Below are positions 10,950 through 18,604 of a stretch of DNA of 45,353 bases, piece by piece. Made by a program: the position numbers and the translations under genes. Within the stretch, counting starts at the first letter, position 1, and each line of letters opens with the position of its first letter. This stretch comes from an uncultured bacterium. GTDB taxonomy: Bacteria; Ratteibacteria; UBA8468; B48-G9; JAFGKM01. The notes beneath the pieces are model-generated. The model had not been told where the DNA came from. It saw only the letters and a program-made list of their open reading frames with translations, and made no database searches. The stretch spans positions 1 through 45,353 of the forward strand of contig CAYQXZ010000002.1 in NCBI GenBank assembly GCA_964421645.1. Reading direction: 5' to 3'.

Positions 10950-11525
10950 TCACAACGAACACAACAACATCACCAGCGCGGAAGAAAGTCCCACCGACAG
11001 GTTATCGTCAACAGGCAACGGCAGGATTTCAACGAGAGACGCCGTCACCGCCCCTGCCATCAACAGCAGGAACGGCACATTCAACAGAGGGAAGATAATC
11101 ACTGCAATTACCGCGTTGAACAGCAATCCTCCGGCAAGCCCTTCAACCGTCTTGCCGTGAAATATCTTCGTCCTTCCGTACCTCGTCCCGATGATACCGC
11201 TTCCGGCATCGCCGAAAACAAGAAAGAACATGGCGGCAACGGCAATCTCCTTACGGAAGAACACAAGTATTAGAAGCACCGCCAGCATGAAGCAGGTATC
11301 CCCGGTGAGCATGCCCGGACGGTTCTTGAATATCCCCCTGGATTTATTGAGGATATACTGCCATACCCCGGGATGCCTCCATCTTTCGTATTCAAGAAGG
11401 GTAAGCAGGAGGAGAAAGAAGAACGAGATTGCCAGGGGGAAGCCGCGGTTTCCGGCCGCAAGGTATGCAACCGGAAAAATTGAGCCCATCACCATCCGGT
11501 ACGTCTTCCTTTTCCACATCGTCAT
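10950..11525 (-). CDS. Polyprenol/diacylglycerol kinase-like membrane protein (CdsA / dolichol kinase / phytol kinase superfamily)
   Basis: Polytopic membrane protein with the superfamily motif FGDAGSGIIGTRYGRTKI..GKTVEGLAGG. Confidence 0.6.
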   Translation of the reverse strand: MTMWKRKTYRMVMGSIFPVAYLAAGNRGFPLAISFFFLLLLTLLEYERWRHPGVWQYILNKSRGIFKNRPGMLTGDTCFMLAVLLILVFFRKEIAVAAMFFLVFGDAGSGIIGTRYGRTKIFHGKTVEGLAGGLLFNAVIAVIIFPLLNVPFLLLMAGAVTASLVEILPLPVDDNLSVGLSSALVMLLCSL

Positions 11526-11576
11526 TTTTTCGTCTTCAACTCCCTACTTCCTTCCCTCTCCCTTGAGGGGAGAGGA

Positions 11577-12173
11577 TCAGGGTGAGGGTGCTCTCCTGAT
11601 CTCCCTTACCATCCCCGGATTTATCACGAACGCGGACAGGATTAACATAATCGTGGATACTGCCGTCTGAACAAAGAGCGCCCTGTCAACCCTCAATCCG
11701 TACTCAATATACAGACAGATAAAATAGAAGACCGTACACGTAAGAAGGACCCTTGGTGAACGCGGATTTATCTTCTGTGCGATAAACCACAGGATTATCA
11801 CGAGCGGAAAAAGTAGAGGCATGAGAAACAGAACTATCCCTCCGGTAGTCGCTGCCCCCTTGCCTCCCCTGAACCGCAGGAAAATTGACCAGCAGTGCCC
11901 GGCCACGGCAGACAGCCCGATGAGCGTGAGGAGAATTATATTTGTGATGCCCAGGTTTCTCGCAAAGGCCATGGGAACCATGCCCTTTACGGTATCCCCC
12001 GCCCAGACCAGAATGCCCCACTTCTTCCCTATGCTTCTTGCCACGTTCGCGGCACCGGAGTTCTTCGTTCCTATTTCCCTTATATCCTGTCCAGTCAGGA
12101 ACAGTGTGAGCAGGTATGCAAAAGACACACTCCCCAGCACATACCCGGCCACCACGCAGGCAGCTATCTCCAT
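11577..12173 (-). CDS. plsY: Glycerol-3-phosphate acyltransferase PlsY
   Basis: GSVSFAYLL, NSGAANVARSIGKKWG, GHCWSIFLRFRGGKGAATTGG. ATG at 12171-12173; the ORF track uses GTG at 12176. Confidence 0.92.
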   Translation of the reverse strand: MEIAACVVAGYVLGSVSFAYLLTLFLTGQDIREIGTKNSGAANVARSIGKKWGILVWAGDTVKGMVPMAFARNLGITNIILLTLIGLSAVAGHCWSIFLRFRGGKGAATTGGIVLFLMPLLFPLVIILWFIAQKINPRSPRVLLTCTVFYFICLYIEYGLRVDRALFVQTAVSTIMLILSAFVINPGMVREIRRAPSP

Positions 12174-12188
12174 CACCCCCGTTATACC
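12133..12188. repeat. Direct repeat copy 1 (plsY -10 region, start codon and first ~13 codons)
   Basis: 56 nt, CCCAGCACATACCCGGCCACCACGCAGGCAGCTATCTCCATCACCCCCGTTATACC. Recurs at 15034-15089 with one mismatch (offset 2901 bp). Confidence 0.95.
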
Positions 12189-12210
12189 TCCTGTCTCCCG
12201 CCCCGGTCAA
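12181..12210 (-). promoter_or_regulatory. Putative sigma70-type promoter of plsY
   Basis: On the minus strand: TTGACC (12205-12210), 18-nt G-rich spacer, TATAAC (12181-12186), ending 7 nt before the ATG. This implies a leaderless or near-leaderless mRNA. Alternatively the GGAGG in the spacer is a distant SD. Confidence 0.4.
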
Positions 12211-12311
12211 CTGCAATCATCATGCCATTGAATACTCATGTTTCTTGATCTTAGTTTATCTGATGGTTAAGTATGATCGTTTGACAACATCCTGGAATAT
12301 CCGGCTGTGGC

Positions 12312-13907
12312 TTAAGAGCCAAGCAAGCGAACAGTTATGATAGTTACGCAGATTATAACCGCCGAAATGATCAGCGCCAGGGCAAGCCGGTTAAGAGAGC
12401 GCTCAAGTTCCCGGGTGCTGCCCTCCAGGCCCTCATGAAGAAAATGTATCTTGAAACGACCGCTTTCCGCTTTGCGCGCAATTGAGAACATAAGACCCGG
12501 CAATTCGGCTAAACCCTGGCCCGCAAGTCGTGCCTTGCGCCTTAATTTCTTTGATAGGTAATCCGGTTCAAAATGTTTCTTCCTTATTTCCCTGACCACC
12601 GGGCCGGCGTATTTGATTGGCTCAAATTGGGGGTCAAGACTTCCAGCCATGCTCTCAACCATGAGCAAAGATTTCCCCAACAGCGCCATATCGGGAGGAA
12701 AAGAAATATCAAAGTTACGGCAAATCCTGATGCTGTCAATAATGAACTGTCCCAATTGCACTCTCCGCGCAGGCAGTGATTTATATCTTTCAAATAGGTC
12801 GGTAATATCACGCCGGAAAAGGCGCTCGTTGATATCGGAAGAAATCAATTTGAAACGGTAAAATGCCGCCATCAAAGAATCTATATCATCGTTAATCAGA
12901 CTGAAAATAACGTCAAACAGAATATCCCTGTCGGTTTCATGAAGGATTCCTACCTGCCCGAAATCCAGAAGACATATCTGCTTGTCGAGAACACAGATAT
13001 TGCCGGGATGCGGGTCTGCGTGAAACATTCCGAAATCAAGCACTTCCTTGAGAAAAGTCTCAAATATACGCCTGGCGATTTCCGCAGAAGATATTTCCGA
13101 TTTCTCCAATTTTCCGGGAAATAACGGCACGCCTTCCACTAATTCCATGGTCAGCACTCTGCTGGTGCTGTAATCCCAGAAGACTCTCGGCAGATAGACA
13201 TCCGGATTATTGCTGAAATGCGTCCTGAATCTCTCTATCCGCATTGCCTCCAATTGAAAATCAAGCTCTCTATTCAGCTGGTATCCAAATTCTTTTACAA
13301 GTTCTTCCGGACGGAAAATCCTGGCTTCGGGAATCCGGCGATTTACGAGTGACGCCAGCTCTTCCAGGATTTCCATGTCTGCGCGGATTATCTTCGCGAT
13401 TCCAGGACGCTGGATCTTTACCGCGACCGGTTCTCCGTTTTTCAGTTTTGCGGCATGCACCTGTGCCAGGGAAGCAGCCGCTCTCGGTACCGAAGAAAAT
13501 TCGTCGTACAGATTTTCCAAAGGCTGATTGAACTCTTCAGAAATTACCGTTCGGATATCCTCAAACGATATTGGGGCGACGTCCTTATACAGGCGGCTCA
13601 ATGTGTTAATAAAAGCTGGAGGGAGTATATCCGATCGTGTGCTTAGAAACTGTCCCAGTTTGACATACGTCGGGCCCAGCAATTCCATGGCATTGACAAC
13701 CTTTTCAGCGACAATGTGAAGGGGAGGTTCATTCAGCCGGCGTCTATAAAAGAAATATCTCAATGGCGGTTTTGCGGAAAGTCTATCCGTAAGATAACTC
13801 AATCCGCAACGAGTTGCGACGACTATTACCTGCCGTAATCGGCCCCAGCTTCTTATCGGGAGCATGTTTATATCAGGAGCGAAATTCAGCGGCCGGACCG
13901 CTTCCAA
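12312..13907 (-). CDS. ubiB: ABC1/UbiB-family atypical kinase
   Basis: ABC1 domain motifs (AAASLAQVHAAKLKNGEPVAVKIQRPG, HADPHPGNI, LDFGQVG) and a C-terminal TM helix. Start is ambiguous: TTG at 13907 or ATG at 13865. Confidence 0.88.
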   Translation of the reverse strand: MEAVRPLNFAPDINMLPIRSWGRLRQVIVVATRCGLSYLTDRLSAKPPLRYFFYRRRLNEPPLHIVAEKVVNAMELLGPTYVKLGQFLSTRSDILPPAFINTLSRLYKDVAPISFEDIRTVISEEFNQPLENLYDEFSSVPRAAASLAQVHAAKLKNGEPVAVKIQRPGIAKIIRADMEILEELASLVNRRIPEARIFRPEELVKEFGYQLNRELDFQLEAMRIERFRTHFSNNPDVYLPRVFWDYSTSRVLTMELVEGVPLFPGKLEKSEISSAEIARRIFETFLKEVLDFGMFHADPHPGNICVLDKQICLLDFGQVGILHETDRDILFDVIFSLINDDIDSLMAAFYRFKLISSDINERLFRRDITDLFERYKSLPARRVQLGQFIIDSIRICRNFDISFPPDMALLGKSLLMVESMAGSLDPQFEPIKYAGPVVREIRKKHFEPDYLSKKLRRKARLAGQGLAELPGLMFSIARKAESGRFKIHFLHEGLEGSTRELERSLNRLALALIISAVIICVTIITVRLLGS

Positions 13908-14225
13908 TCATTTTGCCGCTTTTTTAATACCTGCCTTTTTCTCAAGTTCCTTGATTCTTCTCTGGAGAAACGCAATATCCTCGGTGCTTGCCACGTGCAT
14001 TTTTTTTAATGCAAATCTCACTTCTTTCTGCACCCGTTTCGCGAATTCCTCTTGAAAAGCGGCGACATTCTTTTTCAATTCCTTCTTCATTTCCGGGATT
14101 TCCTTTCGTTTCTCCTCGGCGTGTTCCGTAATCTCTTGAACAAATTTTGACAATTTCTCTTCGCTGTAAGCAGCCATGCCCAGCCCCACTTCTATCATGC
14201 GCTCAATCAGATTTTTTTCACTCAT
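13908..14225 (-). CDS. Phasin-like coiled-coil protein (COG3937-like)
   Basis: About 105 aa, charged and helical, ending in a STEDIAFLQRRIKELEKK-type tail. ATG at 14225 is preceded by GGGAGG; the ORF track starts at TTG 14243. Directly upstream of ubiB. Confidence 0.55.
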   Translation of the reverse strand: MSEKNLIERMIEVGLGMAAYSEEKLSKFVQEITEHAEEKRKEIPEMKKELKKNVAAFQEEFAKRVQKEVRFALKKMHVASTEDIAFLQRRIKELEKKAGIKKAAK

Positions 14226-14274
14226 TTGCACCTCCCGGAACAACGGTGACGCTGCACAGAGAATCAGCTTTCAG

Positions 14275-14328
14275 AGGCCGCTGTTTCCATCTCAACCGTT
14301 ATACCTCCGCGCCCCTCCCCCCGTCAAC
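14275..14328 (-). repeat. Diverged third copy of the plsY promoter/start region, probably the promoter of the phasin-like/ubiB operon
   Basis: Minus strand: TTGACG (14322-14327), 18-nt G-rich spacer, TATAAC (14298-14303), then ATGGAA. Colinear with the plsY upstream region: CCGTTATACCTCC is identical and the rest is roughly 65-70% identical by hand alignment. Confidence 0.6.
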
Positions 14329-14379
14329 CACATACTGCTCTGACACAAAGTATTTGACATTTCTATTGCCCGGATAATG

Positions 14380-14388
14380 TGGTAAAAT
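14380..14388 (+). promoter_or_regulatory. Extended -10 promoter element upstream of the MNT gene
   Basis: TGgTAAAAT (TG at 14380-14381, hexamer 14383-14388), 8 nt before the ATG at 14397. No SD in between, which suggests a leaderless transcript. Confidence 0.4.
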
Positions 14389-14396
14389 ATTTAACA

Positions 14397-14702
14397 ATGA
14401 ACAAGGCAATTTTGATACCTAAGGAAAAGATTAAAGAATTCTGTGTGCGAAATCATATCAACCGATTATCCTTTTTCGGTTCAGCAACAGGAGACGATTT
14501 TACTCCTGAAAGCGACATAGATATCCTTGTTGAATTTGAGCAGGGCTTCACCCCGGGGTATTTCAAATTACTTTATATGGAAGAAGAATTATCCTCTTTT
14601 TTAAATGGCAGAAAAATTGACCTGCGGACGCCGGAAGATTTAAGCAGATACTTCAGAGAAGAAGTCAAAAACGAATCCGAGGTATGCTATGTCAAAGGAT
14701 GA
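14397..14702 (+). CDS. mntA: Minimal nucleotidyltransferase antitoxin (MNT/MntA family)
   Basis: GSATGDDFTPESDIDILVEF (GSx10-DxD NTase motif). Overlaps the HEPN gene by 14 nt. ATG at 14397 is preferred over the GTG at 14379. Confidence 0.88.
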   Translation: MNKAILIPKEKIKEFCVRNHINRLSFFGSATGDDFTPESDIDILVEFEQGFTPGYFKLLYMEEELSSFLNGRKIDLRTPEDLSRYFREEVKNESEVCYVKG

Positions 14703-15021
14703 CCTGATACGAGTCAAACATATTCTTGATGCCTCTAGAGAAGCCGTGCAGTTTCTGGAAAATCGCGATAGGAAAGACCTTGATTCTGACAGAATGTTAA
14801 GTCTCTCCATCGTGAGACTTCTGGAAATTATAGGTGAAGCAGCAAAAGGTGTTTCTATTAAAACAAAAGAAGAATATCCGGATATACCATGGAAAGAAAT
14901 GACGGGCATTCGTGACCGTCTTATCCATGGTTATTTTGACGTAGATATGGAAATTGTCTGGAAAACCGTCAGAGAAGACATACCTGCACTGATAAACCTG
15001 TTGGACAAAGTCAAGATTTAA
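14689..15021 (+). CDS. hepT: HEPN-domain (DUF86/HepT) toxin
   Basis: Rx4H motif in GIRDRLIHGYFDVD. 110 aa, immediately downstream of MNT. Confidence 0.88.
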   Translation: MSKDDLIRVKHILDASREAVQFLENRDRKDLDSDRMLSLSIVRLLEIIGEAAKGVSIKTKEEYPDIPWKEMTGIRDRLIHGYFDVDMEIVWKTVREDIPALINLLDKVKI

Positions 15022-15026
15022 TCAGA

Positions 15027-15074
15027 CTACCATCCCAGCACATACCCGGCCACCACGCAGGCAGCTATCTCCAT
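15027..15074 (-). pseudogene. Truncated plsY 5-prime fragment (MEIAACVVAGYVLGW-stop)
   Basis: ATG at 15072-15074 followed by 13 codons identical to plsY. It then diverges and stops at TAG 15027-15029, 6 nt from the hepT stop codon, in convergent orientation. Confidence 0.8.
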
Positions 15075-15089
15075 CACCTCCGTTATACC
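15034..15089. repeat. Direct repeat copy 2 of the plsY 5-prime region
   Basis: 55/56 identical to 12133-12188; the single difference is C to T at 15079. Confidence 0.95.
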
Positions 15090-15196
15090 ACTACCCCTAA
15101 CCACACCCCCTATACCCGCCATAGGATCCTAAGTCCCACCAGTGAAAATTCATCCTAAAACACTCACTTGGCTTGGAAATGAAGATAACGGTTGGG

Positions 15197-15224
15197 GGAA
15201 AAAAGAAGAAAAAGTGCACTTTTC
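15197..15224 (-). terminator. Weak intrinsic-terminator-like hairpin after the C39-like gene
   Basis: 14-nt palindrome AAAAGTGCACTTTT (15210-15223), followed on the minus strand by TTCTTCTTTTTT. The stem is AT-rich and therefore weak. Confidence 0.3.
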
Positions 15225-15250
15225 TCTCTATCGTGACTTCCTTCTTCCCT

Positions 15251-15850
15251 TCATTTTATTCCCTGGATATTCAGAGAATAGACCTCGTTCGAACTGTTTT
15301 TCCTATGTGCACAAAACTCTATAAAGGACATTTCCTGGAGGGGAATGCTGCCGGGATCGTGTAGGTAAATGACTTTTTTTCGCAAGTCATAGCCCACAAA
15401 GAGAACGAAATGGTTAAAGATTTCGGAATTCACGTCGACCTTGTTTGAGACACCGGGGAGAGAAATAATGCCAATGAGTACCGGTTCACCTTTGCCGACC
15501 GACTGAACAAGCCATTGGATATCGTCGGTGTAATCTGCGGTATCACTTACTTTCCTGTACCCTCCCCGAAAAAGTATTTGCATTTTCTTCATTGTTTTCT
15601 CAAGATCTTCCGTCCAATAAATTCCCCTGTCCCTGCCTGCCAGTCCCGCCATTACATCATGGACATATTCCTGCGAAACCGGTTTTCCGTAATATCCCGC
15701 TATCATTTGAAGACAGGCCTCCCCGCAGTAATTGGGTCTTGCCATTGCAAAGAAAGGAACCTGAAGAATTACCCTGTCTTCAAGAGCGTTTGCGTCGATG
15801 GAACAGAGCGCCAACAGAAGAACCCACTTATATCTAACTGACAGTTTCAT
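15251..15850 (-). CDS. Secreted papain-fold cysteine peptidase, C39-like
   Basis: Signal peptide MKLSVRYKWVLLLALCSIDANA from the ATG at 15850. Catalytic Cys context NYCGEACLQMIAGYYG, His in NHFVLFVGYD, Asp in LHDP. Confidence 0.7.
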   Translation of the reverse strand: MKLSVRYKWVLLLALCSIDANALEDRVILQVPFFAMARPNYCGEACLQMIAGYYGKPVSQEYVHDVMAGLAGRDRGIYWTEDLEKTMKKMQILFRGGYRKVSDTADYTDDIQWLVQSVGKGEPVLIGIISLPGVSNKVDVNSEIFNHFVLFVGYDLRKKVIYLHDPGSIPLQEMSFIEFCAHRKNSSNEVYSLNIQGIK

Positions 15851-15888
15851 TTCACAACCACTTGTGAAACATTCACCAGCTGTTTTTT

Positions 15889-16035
15889 TCAAAGAATATC
15901 AGAAGTCCCGACGGATTTACAAGAAATTCTCTCTTTAGCAGCTTGGTATGTTTCCTCTCTCTTGATCTTCAACAGTTCCACCCACTTGCCGACTTCAACA
16001 GTTTTCAACAGACTCTTTTCGTCATTCTTCGCCAT
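15889..16035 (-). CDS. Possible 48-aa small ORF (MAKNDEKSLLKTVEVGKWVELLKIKREETYQAAKERISCKSVGTSDIL)
   Basis: Found by hand translation; it is below the 60-aa track cutoff. It fills the spacer between the beta-helix and C39-like genes. No convincing SD and no recognisable motif. Confidence 0.2.
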   Translation of the reverse strand: MAKNDEKSLLKTVEVGKWVELLKIKREETYQAAKERISCKSVGTSDIL

Positions 16036-16145
16036 TAGCATCTGAACAACGATACAGTAAAAATCAGTATTGGTAAAAACACAAGAACCGCCCGGCTGTG
16101 ATTTGACATTCGACTTAAGAAATACATCGCCCTTAGACCATTCAA

Positions 16146-17339
16146 TTAGAAAGGTTCTGCCACAACAATCCCTCCGCGAGATTGTGATACATTTACCACG
16201 CTGCCTTTATGATACACATTCAGGTAACTGCCTGTGTCTGCCGATAAATCCTGTATCTCTCCGATTATACTAGATACAAGATTGGAACCGCTCATCGTGT
16301 AAATACTGCATTTGCTGGGACCTGCCACTTTTATAGGACCACCATAAAGTGTACTTGATTTTTGCAGAACAATGCTAGCCGGAAAATCAGACTGTGTCTC
16401 AACGATTATTTGGGCACCTTCTGCCAGAATATGCCCGTCGTCTTCCAATCCAATAACCGCATTGCTCTGCATTTTGGCTGTCAACGTTATTTCAGTTCCA
16501 TGCATATCTATCCTTCCCGAATTATTGATGGCGAGACAGTTTGACTGCCCGCCCCAGGATGTAATCATGACTTTTTTGCAACCAAGTTCTATGATACCGA
16601 AATAACTGGCGGAGAGAGAACCATTCCCCATGGAAAGACATCCGTTTGAATCCTGCCATTTCACAATTCCACCATAGTCCGCCATGATACCGCAGAATGA
16701 TGCCTCCGTCTGTCTATTGGGCAGGTCTTCATTCATTTCAATCGTACCATATAACAGGACTACACCACCCCTTGAAGCGCATATTCCGCTACCAGACAGA
16801 CTGCCTGTGCGGATTCGGACATCGTTAAGATGGACTTCGCTGCCGGTGCCAAAAACCCTGATTCCTTCCTGGGAACCCGGATAGTCACGATTGCCAATTT
16901 GAAGATTTTGAAATTTCCAGATGCCGTTTTTTACAACAATCAAAGGTGTGAATGGCCAGTTCAATATAATTTGTCCTTTATCAGCCGGCTTGGTGAAACT
17001 ATTATTTTCTCCCGCAAAGGTCACACTGACATCAAAAATAGATGCACTGCTACGATGCATCTGCCGGTCCAATATCAGGTTGTTCTCGGGCATATTAACA
17101 CCACCGGTTGTATTATATTCTCCGGCCCCAAGGTGAATAACGACATGTTGTTGAATAACATCCGGCAGGAGAGCCAAGGCTGCGGAAATCGTTTTGAGCG
17201 GTTTTTCATTTGTGCCAGAGTTTGTATCAAGCCCAAGCATGGGATGTACGTAAATATCGGAAATAGCAACTGCCGCATTTCCGGTTGCACAAACCCACAT
17301 TATTCCCATCAAGAGAAATATTTTGGACACGACTATCAT
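16146..17339 (-). CDS. Secreted right-handed parallel beta-helix protein
   Basis: Signal peptide (IFLLMGIMWVCATGNAAVA). N-terminal YVHP..GLDTNSGTNEKPLKTISAAL signature typical of beta-helix (DUF1565/pectate-lyase-like) proteins, then G/N/I-rich repeats. Confidence 0.6.
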   Translation of the reverse strand: MIVVSKIFLLMGIMWVCATGNAAVAISDIYVHPMLGLDTNSGTNEKPLKTISAALALLPDVIQQHVVIHLGAGEYNTTGGVNMPENNLILDRQMHRSSASIFDVSVTFAGENNSFTKPADKGQIILNWPFTPLIVVKNGIWKFQNLQIGNRDYPGSQEGIRVFGTGSEVHLNDVRIRTGSLSGSGICASRGGVVLLYGTIEMNEDLPNRQTEASFCGIMADYGGIVKWQDSNGCLSMGNGSLSASYFGIIELGCKKVMITSWGGQSNCLAINNSGRIDMHGTEITLTAKMQSNAVIGLEDDGHILAEGAQIIVETQSDFPASIVLQKSSTLYGGPIKVAGPSKCSIYTMSGSNLVSSIIGEIQDLSADTGSYLNVYHKGSVVNVSQSRGGIVVAEPF

Positions 17340-17559
17340 AATTCCCCTGGTTTAACTGTTTTACGACAGTTCAAAAAAATTAGGTTTCTTTTCAACATGC
17401 TACAGACACTCGTATCCCTTTCCCTGGTCACCATGCTTGATTAGAACGTATATACGGCTATTATAGTATCCGTGCTATTCTTGTCAAATATTATTACAGG
17501 CTCAAAGGTGAATATTGTGTATGAGATGACCTTCCCCCAAAAAACTACACCAAGAGGAA

Positions 17560-18534
17560 TCAGAGCTGCACGGGTTTACCGGTCTGCATGGAGGTGTAGG
17601 CGGCGAAGGAGACCTTCAGGCTCTTCAGAGCGTCGGCATAGTCTGATTTCACGAGAGACTGGTCATTCTTCACCACGGCCCTTATGAATGCCCTGTCCTC
17701 CTCCAGCATGGGAGCAATGGATGACGTGTGGATAACCTTTTTGTTGCCCCTGTCTATGGTAAGGGTGTTTCCCGCGTAGCCCAGCATGATGCCCTTGCCT
17801 ATCACGTCCACGCCGCTGTTGAATCCGCTCCAGAGCCAGGTGCAGGTAAGGTTGCCGATGCAGCCGTTCTTGAATCTGACCAGTGTTGCGGAGACATCTT
17901 CCACGTCGTATTGCTCGTATAGCTTTTTGTTTATACCTTCAAACTTGTACGCGAAGACCTCTTCCACGTCTCCGATAAGGTATCTCATCATGTCAACGGT
18001 ATGGGTGGACTGTTCTATCAGCTGGCCGCCGGAAAGGGATTTCTTGCTGTACCACGCTTTACCCGCTCCGGGTACGCCGCCGTAATACCTGCCGAGCGCG
18101 GCACCAATCTTTTCCTTTGCCAGTACCTCTCTTGCCATGTCCACAACGTCAAAGTACCGCAGGACGTAACCGGCAGAGGTGATGAGTTTTGCCGACTGCA
18201 CCTTTTTTGCGATAGCGTCTGCCTTGTCCATGTCCAAATGCAGGGGCTTTTCCACGAAAAACGGGATTTTTCTCTCTATGCACGCCTCCTCCTGGCCCTT
18301 GTGGGCGAAAGGCGGAACGCATATGAAGCAGGCATCAAGTTTTATTTCGTCAAGCATTTTCTCAAAATCGGTATAGATCTTGCCTCCGTAGGTGGCGGCT
18401 GCCTTCTCCGCCCTGCCCTTGTCTATGTCGCACATCGCGGCAAATTTCACATTCTTCAACTGCGCCAGGTACGCCATATGGGCGCCGGCTATCCCTCCGC
18501 ATCCGATAACCGCTATGTTCGCTTTCATTGTCAT
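17560..18534 (-). CDS. Gfo/Idh/MocA-family NAD(P)-dependent oxidoreductase
   Basis: Rossmann N-terminus NIAVIGCGGIAGAHM and the EKP motif (FFVEKPL). Confidence 0.85.
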   Translation of the reverse strand: MTMKANIAVIGCGGIAGAHMAYLAQLKNVKFAAMCDIDKGRAEKAAATYGGKIYTDFEKMLDEIKLDACFICVPPFAHKGQEEACIERKIPFFVEKPLHLDMDKADAIAKKVQSAKLITSAGYVLRYFDVVDMAREVLAKEKIGAALGRYYGGVPGAGKAWYSKKSLSGGQLIEQSTHTVDMMRYLIGDVEEVFAYKFEGINKKLYEQYDVEDVSATLVRFKNGCIGNLTCTWLWSGFNSGVDVIGKGIMLGYAGNTLTIDRGNKKVIHTSSIAPMLEEDRAFIRAVVKNDQSLVKSDYADALKSLKVSFAAYTSMQTGKPVQL

Positions 18535-18604
18535 ATCTCCTTTGTGTAGTGACTGCTACGGGTAATTTACGGTAACAGACGCAATATGATAATATATAAG
18601 AGAG

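Noticed and set aside
11555-11575. GC-rich 8-bp hairpin (CCTCTCCC / GGGAGAGG) just downstream of the plsY stop on the minus strand
   Set aside because: No U-run follows it, and the next gene starts about 30 nt later with its own purine-rich leader. It is more likely an intercistronic structure than a terminator.
15142-15364. Two overlapping 60-63 aa plus-strand ORFs in the spacer after the distal plsY repeat
   Set aside because: They run into and overlap the 3-prime end of the C39-like gene on the opposite strand. They have no SD and their sequences are low-complexity, so they are probably spurious.
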